64,000 nucleotides of DNA from Octopus sinensis (GCF_006345805.1 NC_043005.1:102548001-102612000); one strand, 5' to 3'; positions 37,714 through 50,638 are shown, numbered from the stretch's first letter. A program made the numbers and translations. The notes: generated by a model from the sequence alone, not told the origin.

Positions 37714-37830
37714 TCCTGTTGCTTATTTCGATTTTATTTACCCCACATTGCGGATAATATCAGAGTGAATTGGTGCTTCAACTTAAGTACGTAATTCATC
37801 TGAATCTCAATTGTCTCATATATATATATA

Positions 37831-37862
<32 letters not shown>

Positions 37863-37878
37863 CTGTGTGTGTATGCAT

Positions 37879-37921
<43 letters not shown>

Positions 37922-37923
<2 letters not shown>

Positions 37924-38185
37924 CAGGGGTAGCTGTGTGGTAAGCAAATTGCTTCTCAGCCAAATTGTTCCGGGTTCCTTTTTCACTGCGGGGCATCTTG
38001 GGCAAATGTCTTCTACTATAGCATCGCGGCAACTAAGGCCTTCTGAGTGAATTTGGCAGGCGGAAACTGAAAGAAGCCCGTCTTCTATATATATATATAT
38101 ATGTATCTGCGTGTGTGTTTAATGTCCCCATAAGCTAGCGGTCCGGCATAATGACCGATAGAATAAGTACTAAGCTCACAAAAAA
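37922..38185 (+). mobile_element. SINE family A, internally and 3'-deleted
   Basis: Head, CORE-like CTTGGGCAAATGTCTTCTACTATAG and partial tail. Confidence 0.8.
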
Positions 38186-40057
38186 TAATAAACTATTCAC
38201 TGTTTTATATCTGTATAATCTTTGAATGCTGAATGTTCTTCCGGTTACTTCACTTCCCCGAAATTGCTAGTCTTGTGCCTAACTTTGATGATATTATTTC
38301 TTGCAACTCATAATGTTTTGTGATTAATGTTGGTGCGATGCCATATGTTTTTGATGTGGTTATAGTTGGTCAAGGCCCCTAGTATATACGCATTACTGCC
38401 CTTTATTGACTCTGGAAAGTTAAAAGGAAAGTTGAGCTAGACTGTAAATGAAACCAAGCTTAGAATGCCGCAACGAAATATTACTACATATTATGCAAAT
38501 TGTTATACATATTCTTCTGAAGCATCACCAGGTATTCGGGAAAAATAAAATTGTCTAAAATAACGACAGGCCTAGTTATTTGTAGCCCCATCCTATGTTA
38601 AAAACAATCGATTATTATGATGGATTACTCGAATTGTACATGTCAGTATTTGTGCCCATAACTTAAAGATTTGAAACAAGTACTCAGAGATTTAAGGCCG
38701 GTTCTCTAACGATCGTACCATTCTACCACCCGCTTTATGGATAACAGCAATATATGTGGTATGTGAAACACCACTTCGTTAGATGTGTAACTTCACCGAA
38801 GGATTGCTACTATTACGATTACACGACATTTGATTCTTGTGTCAGTTCTGACTTTATGGAAAAACTATTATATGAATAAGAAATCCGCTTACAAGAAATA
38901 AGCCTCTACTGGAGATAACACATATGAACATTTTCACATTATACCTTGCAAATCGTGAGGTAAATATTTGGTCATGTGATCGATCATAAATACGCTCTGT
39001 AGATATTAATATTATTTTAGTTGACCGAATCGCCTTACTCAGACAAGAAAATTGAATGTTTCAAAAGAGCGTAACGCTTATCGAACCGTAAATTGTGGTG
39101 TATTTTGTAATAACTCGGAAATGTTAATGTCATTCATTTATATTACTTCTAAGTTTTCAGACAATACAATGTTGAAGTATTTGTATATCTTCATGGGTTG
39201 CATTATTGTATTAGTAATATTACACTTGCTTTCAAACTACAGCAGCCATACATTAAAATGATGAGAGGATTGCAGCTTAAATGTCTTTCTGGCACTTTAT
39301 AGGATACAAATACCTAGAAGTCGATTATATTTTACAAGCACACCCACTTAATGGATATCCATTTTTTTACTACTGATTTTTGTTCATTTACGTGTGTTTT
39401 TATTTTTATTATTCGCTACCAATAGAATTCACTTGGTCACACTTCGGTGCGGACGACGTATAATGACATAAAAGATTTCTTTTTGAAGAAATATTTATGA
39501 TTTCAAAATCGTTTGTTCACAATAAACTTTGGCTCTTTTTTTAAAAAATATATTTCAGAATCCTTTTGATGGCACACTGCTATCAACCATAATGTATTTG
39601 AAGTAATTTAGTTTATTATGCTTTTGTTTATCGTTTTAGCAAAACATATCCAGCACTTTAAATTTGTCAGTAGTTTATTAATGATGCTTTCTGATAACTG
39701 TTCACTCTTTTCTAGAAAGATTGAAAGTTTGCCTATGTTTATTTTATGACAACAGTGTAGAGAATTACGGACACATGGTAGACGGATGTACATAGAATGT
39801 GTGATTATTAATTCACAAACACTTTCATTAATGTAAACGGAAAGCGCTGTTAGTTCATTGTATACTGTATTTGAATCTACAACAGATGCATTAAATATAA
39901 TTACTTAGAGGTTCAAACACAGAATCGACAGACAAATATTTTTCGCACCAAATACTAAAAAGCAAGGAGTAATTCTAACTATTACTCTTACACTCCCGAT
40001 AAATATAAAACATTTATTTAACATTTATATCACAATACTATATGCAGTGATGGTATG

Positions 40058-40111
<54 letters not shown>

Positions 40112-41246
40112 CTATCTATCCCTATTGATCGTTTTCTTTTTCCCCCTTGTTCCCTTTTTTTTCTTCTATCCCTTTTACGATCCCTTTTGATCGAAAACCT
40201 AACCCACCTCCTTTTTTCTTCTTCTCTCCCCCAAAAGAAAAGCTCTACTTTGTAATCTGTCCCGTCTGTGTGCAGCCCTGTGTGGCTAATAAAGAAACAT
40301 GTCTGTCTGTTTGTCTGGTTGTCTGATTGCGTGCCTGTTTGTCAGTCTCTCTGTCTATCTGTCTTTCAGCCTCTCTATCTATTCATCTATTTATCTCTCT
40401 GTCTCTGACTCACTCTCAGTCCATACACAACGCACACATAATACCCAATCGCATAATCAAAACTATATCCAATGTTTGGATCGATTTGAAATGTTAATAA
40501 AGTTTTAAAAATTGCAATATTAATATGTCTTAATAGAGATGTTAGTTTTATTGTCTCTTTGGTATACTGCCATTATTCAAAACCCATCTACTTTCACTGT
40601 CGCTCTTTCATAGACTGGAATAAGACTTCTCTCCTTATTTTCTCATAATTTTAAACTTAGATTCACTTATTTTCTCTTTACCTACGTGTATAATAACTGT
40701 CATGACAAAGTTCTTGTAGTAATCATAATTTATAAAGAAACGAAGAAAATGTACACTCGAAACTAAATTGACAAATTAAACTACTGTCATGTTTTATTAT
40801 TGCATAACTTTTGATTTTGTTTATAAATGTAAGTTTAAAATTTATTAAAATATTACATAGCTATTTCTTTTTATTTATTAGGAACTTCCTTATTAGTGGT
40901 AGCAAATAAAATTGGAATTTATAGCCTACAGGGTGCTAAACATAGGCAGACAAATTCGGGGACGCGGTGAGTCATGTTAGATGAGGGATGTTATAGCCCA
41001 AAAACGAAAATGTGCATATAGTGTGAAGTGTATAATCACCGAACAGTGTATCGTATCTATTCAATATGAACAGTTTTTTTTTTACCACAAACTACAGGGA
41101 AGAACAGCAGATCCACATGTGTCTTTGAACTTCTAATTACAAACTGCGAATACATATTTTGCTAATGTGCCTAGAAAGTACTGTAGCCACCAGTTTAAAT
41201 ACATTTAGCATTGTAGATATGTCTGGGTGTAGATACTAACAGTCTC

Positions 41247-41478
41247 TATTTCTTTACTACCCACAAGGGGCTAAACACTGAGAGGACAAACAAGGACAGA
41301 CAAACGGATTAAGTCGATTATATCGACCCAATTGCGCAACTGCTACTTATTTAATCGACCCCGAAAGGATAAAAGGCAAAGTCGACCTCGGCGGAATTTG
41401 AACTCAGAACGTAGCAGCAGACGAAATACCGCTAACCACTTCACCCGGCGTGCTAACGTTTCTGCCAGCTCGCCGCCT
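41247..41478 (-). mobile_element. SINE family B monomer with 13-bp TSD
   Basis: TACTAACAGTCTC at 41234-41246 and 41479-41491. Confidence 0.92.
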
Positions 41479-41513
41479 TACTAACAGTCTCGTGATAATA
41501 TTGCAGTAAATAT

Positions 41514-41600
41514 TAAGTACCAGTTGCGTACTGGGGTCGATGTAATCGACTGGCCCCCTCCCACCAAATTTCAGGCCTTGTACCCAGAGTAGAAAAGGAT
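41514..41600 (+). mobile_element. 3' end of the dimeric form of SINE family B
   Basis: AAGTACCAGTTGCGTACTGGGGTCGATG..GGCCTTGTACCCAGAGTAGAAAAG is the reverse complement of 3671-3750. Confidence 0.7.
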
Positions 41601-41754
41601 ATCACACTAAAGATACATCGGGAATGCATTTTTATTGCATTCGGCAGTATGGTTTCAAGATTTACCTCTGTAGGGTCAAAGGAATGCGCATAATTACACA
41701 GGTTACCGTGGAGGTAAATGTGATTTGCTTTTCCGTTATGCTGAATATTTATCA

Positions 41755-42160
41755 AAGGAAAGTTATCTGTTAATAAGTCTGCTTCCAAACCACATCGTTC
41801 TGGGTTCAGTTCCACTACATAACACATTGAGTAAGTACCTTCTAATACAGCCGCTGGCCTACCATAGCGTTCTGAATGGATTTCATAGATGGAAGCTAAA
41901 AAAAGACAGTCGTGTATATGTGTGTGTGTCCGTGCGTGTGTGTGTGATTTTATGCATGTGTTTGTCCGCCACAATCGCTTGACAAGTAGTCTATGTGTGT
42001 TTATATCCCCAATTCTAACAGTTCGGCAAAGGAGACCGATAGAATAAATAGCATACTTTACAAAAATATATTAAGTACTGGGGTCATTTCATTCGACCAA
42101 AAGTCTTGAAGGTGGTGCCCCAGGATGGCCGCAGTCTAATGACTGAAATAAGTAAAAAGA
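41755..42160 (+). mobile_element. SINE family A, old diverged copy
   Basis: Recognisable head, middle and GGATGGCCGCAGTCTAATGACTGAAATAAGT tail. Confidence 0.7.
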
Positions 42161-42240
42161 TTTCTTTAAAATGCAATATATAGGTATCTCGTTTTAGGAT
42201 TAGGTTTTCAAGATTCTTTATAAGAGTTCGTGTGTTGAAC

Positions 42241-42480
42241 TATATTCTCTTTGTGTCTGGGGAGAGTCATTTTCTTTTTGTGCATTATAATGTAATATAC
42301 TCATCGGTAAAATTTCCACTTATTTCTTATTTTTATTTTCCTGAAATTCTCGTTGCGTCTTGCAACCTCTTCAATAGTCTTGACTCTTGAAAAGACTACT
42401 GAAAAGGATGCAAGACGTAACGAAAATTTTAGGAAAATGAAAATAAGAAATGACTCTTCCCAGATACAACAGAATATATA
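42241..42480. repeat. Fold-back element with two opposed hammerhead-like motifs
   Basis: Inner arms 42322-42381 / 42391-42451 and outer arms 42241-42272 / 42448-42478, roughly 85% complementary by eye. Confidence 0.8.
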
Positions 42481-43056
42481 GGTATTTATTTGATAATAAT
42501 TTTTTTGCTTTAATCAAAAGTTGGTTATAAAAATCAAATCCGGGTACATTTAATCAATATCAGTAAATAAACATATTGGAAAGTACGTTAGCATAAATCG
42601 ATCCGGGATGAAATTATAGAAAATTGAAGCAGTTACCATATTCCGATGATTCCGACTGCAATCTTTATCTTAATAAACAATGAAGTTGTAGAAGAGAAAT
42701 TCTTGCGTGTGAAACAAGATAACGTGATTCTGCAATCAAACAAGGCTATGAATCAGTATAGAAGGCGTACAGTTTAGGAAATGGACTTAACATTATTAAT
42801 GCATTTCACCTGCTTTTCGCAAATAATATTCATTATTCCTATAATCTAGCAATCTCTCTGATTAAATAGTGATATGAAACTATATTGATTTATGTCCATG
42901 CACTTTAAACTTTAAAAAATAATAAACATCATAACATCTAAATATTGTTTTTTATGAGACATTGTTCTGGTTTATGACAAAAATATATATCATATTGTAA
43001 TAAACCTAACCAATTCATACTAACCCTTAGTAATTTATACTGCTTTGGATACATAA

Positions 43057-43287
43057 GGCGGCGAGCTGGCAGACACGTTTGCGCGCCGGGCGAAATGCTT
43101 AGCGGTATTTCGTCTGTCGTTACGTTCTTAGTTCAAATTCCGCCGAGGTCGACTTTGCTTTTCATCCTTTCGGCGTCAATAAATAAAACACCAGTTTCGC
43201 ACTTGGGTCGATGTAATCTGCTTAATCCTTTTGTCTGTCCTTGTTTGTCCCCTCTCTCTTTAGCCCCTTGTGGGCAATAAAGAAATA
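43057..43287 (+). mobile_element. SINE family B monomer with 17-bp TSD
   Basis: TATACTGCTTTGGATAC at 43036-43052 and 43288-43304; GTTCAAATTCC B-box-like motif in the head. Confidence 0.92.
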
Positions 43288-45424
43288 TATACTGCTTTGG
43301 ATACCTTAAAAACCAGTTTGTAAGACGTAACCGTTATTAATCTTAGAATTGTAGCCTTTCTGTGGAAAGTGATCAAAAGAATTAAAGTATATCCTTTTTT
43401 ATGTGCTTGCACATCTTGAAAGTGAGGCTGATTTTTCTTGTTTCAAGTGATATAAGGGCTTCATCTGACAAAATGCACCAACCTTCATTTCGCAGAGGCA
43501 TTGCCTCGTTCCAACCTCTGTGAATGAATGAATTATTTAAAAGATTTTGTTAGTGTATCCTTTGTTACTTTTTAGTTTAATTCTACTCTATATATTACTA
43601 CAAATGCCTAGAATCTACTAATATCTCTGATGTCTAAACTTTTCTCAATGAATGCATAGAAAGAAAAGAAACTAGATGAATTAATCATACATTTTTCCTT
43701 TTATAGCGGAACTAAAATCGTATGTCTATTAAAAACTATGTCCTACTTCATTGACACTGTTCAGTGCATAACTGGAAATAATTTAAAGATCCGGGTTAGA
43801 ATTTACCTCGATATCATTTCAAATCAGTCTCGACAGCAGAGTAATTACGTACTATACTACATTTAGTCTGTCATTACGTAATCCGACCCATCTCCACCAT
43901 CACACTGTTCTTTATTATTCACGTAATCAATCCGTATAGAAACATTAGACTGGTGTAGTTAGTTTCAGAGAAGATTCTAAATTCTAACATACTTCTAATT
44001 AATTACCCGTCTATAAAAATATATTAGTTACGCTTTGGGAACCATTGAGTTAATCTGACTCTGCATTAACCCAACGATATATTAACGTTATTCCAATGTG
44101 CAACATAAATATCCTTTTCTTATAGAAACACTAGTCATGAAATCTAGAAACTAAATGTAGCTACTTAAATCAACCTTAGTATTCAACTAGCACTTTACTT
44201 TTAGCGGCCATATTGGTATGAAAGGTAAATTCTACCTAGTCGAGAATTGAACTGAAAACATGAATGTAGTTATATGATGTTTTTGCAAGACATTTCCTTT
44301 CGCTCTACTGATGGTAATAATTTTTAAAAAATTGTATAACATAAATATCAAATGAAAACCTTACGAAATATGAAGAAATTGTAGTTTACAATCCAACACA
44401 CGACAGGAAATATTTGAAATAAATTGTGACAATCTTTCTTCCTCGGAGAAAAAATCAGCAGATATTTATCATAAATACGTAGTGCAAAGTGAAGTGAATT
44501 TTTTATGCAAACAACTGTAATATATAATTGCTATTACTTTATTAGCCACAAAAGGAAATAAATGATGACACCAATGCATGTTCCTATAAATATTTATCCT
44601 TTACACAGCCTACATATCATTGATTTATGAGAGCGGCGCAATCAGCATTTAGATATTTTTAACGCAAATAAATTTCTTTTAGAGATTTACAACGTATATT
44701 TGTCATATATTAGTAATATGGGAAGTAAAGCAATTTACAAACAACCCCAGGGAAACATGGATAATTAAATACGTTTCCATTGAACAGTAAACCAAACTAA
44801 AATTCTAATTTATAAATTGGTTTCTCATTGCTACGATGTATTGCAATTTCCTTGATTACAACACAAACAAACACCTATCTTATTAATGCGTGGTTTCCTT
44901 GTTGAAACATTCCCGTTATGTGTCAGAATTTTAATATTTACTGTCTTCCCTGCCTTCTCGTTCCCATTTACTTTATTCAAATAATTCAATTATTGCCACA
45001 ATGAATCAGATTACTCAATATTCCAAGTCATTTCATAATGTCAGCGTTTCTTTGTTGAGTCTCCAAACTAAACATGTTCCGCCCATCTAGCAGCTATATC
45101 AATTAATCGTACCAAATTGTTTCCATTAGTTTACACACGCCGCACACATATGTCCAGTAAATTCAGCTTGAAAAAATTAAGCCCATATATTGATATTTTC
45201 CTCACTGAATTTATACAGGAAAAATTAATTATCCAGCTGCAGCATCCATAGGAAGAGGGAGCTACATTTCCGGTAATTTCCATGCCACATCCCGCTTAGA
45301 TTTAATTTCCAAGTATGTTTACTTGTTCTATACTATTAATCTTTCCTCTTGTTCGAAAAATTGAGGCGCTTCTCTACTTATAAACACAAAACGCTACTGG
45401 GCAAAATATTCAACAGTATAATGT

Positions 45425-45935
45425 AGCGGGTTGTCCGCAAAGTTCGTGCCGATTTTTGAAGGAAAGAAAAAGGTCAATAAATACTTGCCGTTACATTTTT
45501 AATCAACCAAATACGAACCATTTTGTTGCATAATGCGTCTCCATCTTCCCTTTAACTTGAAAATACCCTCTTCCCAGATTTGAGGTGGTTTCATGACAAA
45601 GAATTCATCAAGGTATCTTTTTGCATCATCCAAGGAATTGGAATTTTTACCTTTAAGACTATTCTGCAGAGACCTGAATAAGTGGAAATCCGAAGGAGCA
45701 ATATCTGGTGAATATGGAGGGTAGGGTAACACATCCCAGCCGAGCTGCAGCAATTTCTCTCTGGTTCCCAAAACATCAAGTGCCGAAAATGAACTTTCTT
45801 GTCATCCATTTTAAAGGGTTACAGAATTAACACAGGTTATAGGAACATAAACCTTCTTCCACGAAAAGATAGCTTAAACTGTGCTCTAAATGGAGGTGTA
45901 GTCAAATCGGCACGAATTTTCCGGACAATCCAATA
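45425..45935 (-). mobile_element. Internally deleted mariner with both terminal inverted repeats
   Basis: About 28-bp imperfect TIRs. The start MDDKKVHFRHLMFWE is joined directly to the C-terminal LGWDVLPYPPYSPDIAPSDFHLF..RWRRIMQQNGSY. Confidence 0.9.
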
Positions 45936-46159
45936 AATAATTTATGCGTTTGGTATCTGGATTATTCAGTTTACTGTTACGCAGAAATATCATGAGATAA
46001 ATTATAACACCTCCTCAACAGCACTATAGTCATGCCATATGTATATATATAGAGATACGTAACATAAATAAATTGATAAATAAATAGATATATAAATTAT
46101 TTATGTAATTATTTTTATATAATTATTTATATAATTATTTTTATATATTATTTATTATA

Positions 46160-46631
46160 GGCGCAGGAGTGGCTGTGTGGCAAGTAGCTTCCTTACCAAC
46201 CACCTGGTTCCGGGTTCATTCCTACTGAGTGGCACCTTGGGAAAGTGTCTCCCACTATAGCCTCGGGCCGACCAAAGCCTTGTGAGTGAATTTGGTAGAC
46301 GGAAACTGAAAGAAGGCGTCATATATATATGCATATGCATGTATATATATATATATTTATATATATATTTATATATATATATATTATGTATGTATGTATG
46401 TATGTATGTATGTGTGTGTATATGTTTGTGTGTCTGTGTCTGTCTCCCCAACATCGCTTGACAACCGATGCCGGTGTGTTTATGCCCCCGTAATTTAGCG
46501 GTTCGGCAAAAGAAACGGATAGAATAAGTACTAGGCTTCGAAAGAATAAGTCCTGGTGTCGATTTGCACGACTAAAGGCGGTGCTCCAGCATGGCCGCTG
46601 TCAAATGACTGAAACAAGTAAAAGAGTAAAG
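46160..46631 (+). mobile_element. SINE family A, full length
   Basis: Complete head, CORE, internal (TA)n(TGTA)n and tail. Confidence 0.92.
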
Positions 46632-47504
46632 TGTATATGCGTATGTGTGTGGGCGCTTTGTTTTTGTGTGTATGTGTGTGTGTGTGCGTGTTGTCAATAA
46701 AACTAAAGAAAACCATATGTAATTGGGCTACTCAGAATTTTCAGGACAGAATATTACAATATATTTCGTCGTTTTTCAAGCTGCTAATGTCAATACCGTA
46801 GATCAACCACTCCGTATGAGTTGAGTAATATTTACATTTGAGGACGTGGTGTGGAAATAAAATTTAATAATCCGGCCAAGAAAACCTGTGTAACTGGATT
46901 TCACGTGGTTTTGTGTGATTTTTAGAAAGCACGGAAGAACATACTATGAACGACGTAACTTCGGTTGCAATATTGTCACCTTTCTATAATCTCTTCCATA
47001 ATCCATTGCTAAAATACTGAAGAATTTTAATAATTTATGATCTTGACTCACCACTCCAAGCGGCTGAACTTGTCTCGATATCTTAACACAATATGAAATG
47101 TAGAGGATCCGCAGAATATGAAGAGCAAGTTTCAAATTGTTTCCTAGTATATACTAACACCTATTATTTGATTTGATAAGTCGAAATTGCCTTCAACTTA
47201 ATGAAGCTTGGTAAAATAAGTACCAGTGAAACACTGGTTGATATTAATCAGCTGTTAATTTCTACAATGTGCGTAGCGTACTCAGTAATTTATATTTCTG
47301 TATTGTACTTCTGAACCGGTTGTTGAGATAATAAGATACAAAACTGAGTGTTTTATCTTAAAGCTATTATTCAGTTACTCCAAATTTTAAATCCAGGAAT
47401 GTTTCATTCGGAGACTATGAATCATTGTTGTTCTTCTGAACATTGTCCACAGAATTAGTGCTTTATAGCTTGAACGTTTAATGCACGCACGCACATGCAT
47501 GCTT

Positions 47505-47594
<90 letters not shown>

Positions 47595-47641
47595 GAATAC
47601 ATACATAAATACATATATGCGTACGTACGTACATACATACT

Positions 47642-47858
47642 TATAAAGGGTGGCTCAAAGTAGGATTACAGTTATTCGACTCTCTCTCTTTCGCATTCAT
47701 ATGTTAACAGTTTAGATCTAAATTATAAAAAGAAGAAACTATTATTGTATGATAATTTAATTAAATGTAAGATAGAAATTTTAATGTAATAAAATGTTTT
47801 AAAAGAAGTTTAAAGTGCCTACCTGATAACTGTAAACCTACATTTGGGCCACCCTGTA
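47642..47858. mobile_element. Tc1/mariner-type MITE
   Basis: Imperfect 32-bp TIRs AGGGTGGCTCAAAGTAGGATTACAGTTA / TAACTGTAAACCTACATTTGGGCCACCCTGTA. Confidence 0.75.
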
Positions 47859-48423
47859 CATATATACGCACAAAGATACAAGATGCACACATATCTACAG
47901 TAGATTAATATGTTAGCCTTTCTTCTGGATTATATAAAATGTCGAATGTAGTAAGCTATGATAGAGAAATATAGAATATATGCCAATTATCTGTTTTTCA
48001 TCTTCAATTTCATTGTTTGTTTACATCTGACGTCTCGCATGCGAAACGTCGTAGTAAAACGTAGTGCTGGCTATAGTTTCTATAGAAAATCTATAGAGGT
48101 AACCTTAATAAGTAATGTAGAAAGTGCACTACTAACGCAGTAGAACGTTGTATTGACTTATAAAAGCCGTTTGATATAGTTTATAGTATATTATGGTTGC
48201 ATAACGAAACACCAGGAAATAATGAGAGAGCTTAGGTTCTCCGACATAACTTGAACTATGTGTCTAACGTACATTGTAATGAGCACTTTGATATCGGTAA
48301 ATATCCCATTTATCTTACATGTAATTTCCAGTTGAATTATTAGTAACTGGAGCTCCGAACTTGGCATAACTAAATTTTCTTTTCACAATTATAAAAAAGT
48401 TAATATTTGGGTATTACTTTCAG

Positions 48424-48490
48424 GACATATATTACAATTTCAACCACTCTAGGCGATGATTTGCCAAACAGAAGGATTCTTGGTTTCGAG
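48424..48490 (+). CDS. Candidate 67-nt internal exon (phase 2-0) of an unidentified gene
   Basis: TTACTTTCAG acceptor and consensus GAG|GTAAGT donor. Only one frame is open: TYITISTTLGDDLPNRRILGFE. Confidence 0.4.
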
Positions 48491-48912
48491 GTAAGTAACC
48501 TTTAGTATTTTAAAGTTGAAATCTCCTTTTAAACTATTTTAGGCGCATTTGTTTTAAAATAATTATTTGAAATCGTATTTGTAATTAATTAATTTTTGTA
48601 AGGCACAGTGGTTTGATATAAGCGGATTGCTTTTATAATCAGGTAGATAAGAGATAATGAAAATTACATAGAACAAACAACCAACTAATATATTATCAAA
48701 ATTTAAATATTATGTATTTATTATGTAATATATCTTAATGGCCATAAGTTAAAGTCATCAAAGAATGGAAACATCCCAAACCTAAAGAAGATATCCCTCG
48801 TGATTGCTTCCATTGCAGCCACAGCTGCTGTGATACATCTATTTTTTAAAATTCCATAGTTATGGCAAAGATGAAGAAATCGCATCAATATATAATATAT
48901 GCAGCACGGAGT

Positions 48913-48963
48913 TTTGTCAGTGAACAGGACGGGATCTCAAAGCGACGAAAATATTTTGAAAAA
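48913..48963 (+). ncRNA. Hammerhead-like motif with swapped G3:C8 core, in repeat 48900-49105
   Basis: TTTGTCA-GTGAACA-G-GACGG-(9 nt)-GCGAC-GAAAATATT-T-TGAAAAA. The sister copy at 14079-14130 has the same core. Confidence 0.5.
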
Positions 48964-49104
48964 TGAATTTTAAGTGTTGAAGTGAATCTAACGGTTTTTG
49001 TGTGTTTCTTAAACGGCTTATAAACACGTTCACGCTGCAATTGTTTTCGTTCCAGCATACGATCTCAGATCAGGTCACTTGCTATGCAAGTACATCTTCA
49101 TAAG

Positions 49105-49150
<46 letters not shown>

Positions 49151-50237
49151 TATATATATAATATATATATATAAGGGTTTTAGGATATATAAGTCTTAAC
49201 TACAAATATTTCGTGCTTATTTGTTTATGATTATGGGGTCTATTCTTATCATAAGGATCAAATTGCGATGTAAATTGTTCTTTCTCGTGAGATAGACAGT
49301 AACCAACAGGACAGTAACCAACAACTTAAGAAGTGTGCGTGTCTAGATAGAATTTCGATGGCAGTTGATGAGCTGATAATTCTTGCTTAAGACTCCTGCA
49401 TTAAAAATTAAAAGCAAAATATTATGATTCATATAATTATCTGTTACAGTAAATTTTTATTTTCTATTAATATTGTCTATGTGCAGAGTCTGATTATTTC
49501 GGGTCGTAGCCTTTTTTATCGATTTATCGATGTCAGTTATTGGAACGCTGCCATACTGGGTTACCGCCTGGAAGGGTTTAATCAAAGAAATCGATGTTAG
49601 GACTTATTTTTAAGATTGAATCTTATAGAAATATATACACACACAAAGCGCTTCCAATATAGACACATAATCACTGACAATATACAAGCACATGTGTATG
49701 CATATACACACATGTCTGATAGCTTCTTACACATACACAAATTTCCGACAGTCATTTACACATGCATACATAATCAGGAAATAAATATACACAGACAGGT
49801 ACACGCACATGCTAAATGCCCGCAGTATATACGCACATAATCGCTTAATTCACACTTGCAAATGTAAATACATACGCACCTGACAGCCTCATGCGCATGC
49901 ACATATATCAAATAAGATCACACCCACGCACGCACATACACACTTGCACAAATACACAGAGCATACACGCACTCGCGTGCCTTTATGTACTCGCAAAAAA
50001 CGCATACACAGACACGAGCATGTACAAGTAGGACCGCATGCTCGTCCACACACATATTCACGTACACACATTGACTCATATACACACGTGCTTGATCGCA
50101 TACACGCATACGCAAAGCCAATGTTATCTCCCTTGCCACTCACAGCTGAAGCAATATCCTTTTGCTTCCTTTCATTTCAGCATATCATGACCATGAAATT
50201 TACACCCGTTTCTGTCTCCTTCCCTTTCTCATCTATT

Positions 50238-50274
50238 CCTTTAGTAGAAGAGCGTAGACTCGAAACGTTATAGG
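50238..50274 (+). ncRNA. Family 1-like minimal hammerhead motif, decayed
   Basis: CCTT-TAGTAGA-A-GAGC-GTAG-ACTC-GAAACGT-T-ATAGG. Confidence 0.45.
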
Positions 50275-50638
50275 CTTCTGTACTTTTTTTTTCTTTCAAC
50301 GCTTAGACCTAATACACCTTCCTAGTGTTCTTTCTCCTGGTCTTTATTTGTTTATGTTTAATTATTGAACCATGGGAGGAATGTAATACAGATATATATA
50401 ACTGATAATGTATCTATATATCTCACCACTTATTCTATACTCTAATATATTTTCGTATCTTCAAGCTTTCACTGTCTACTTTTTTATCGCATATTTTCTC
50501 ATCACTTGCAGTAGACTTGAATTCCTCTAAGGGAATACATCGCAATTTTCTCGTGCAAATCATATTATTTGTACTAAATTCCAACTGTTCTATTTCAGTG
50601 AAACAGTGTGTGTGCATGTATGTATGTATATATATATA

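Noticed and set aside
39055-39092. GAGC-GTAAC-GCT..GAACCGTA resembling family 1 hammerheads
   Set aside because: Core and GAAA both damaged and no flanking family homology seen.
43057-43145. tRNA-like sequence with A and B boxes
   Set aside because: It is the head of a SINE with body, tail and TSD, not a tRNA gene. The same holds for all family A and B heads.
48026-48056. CTGACGT..GC-GAAACGT-C hammerhead-like string
   Set aside because: A9 missing, and stems I and II are unconvincing.
48747-48860. VKVIKEWKHPKPKEDI, faintly like Gypsy reverse transcriptase/RNase H junction
   Set aside because: Too short, with no flanking retroelement motifs.
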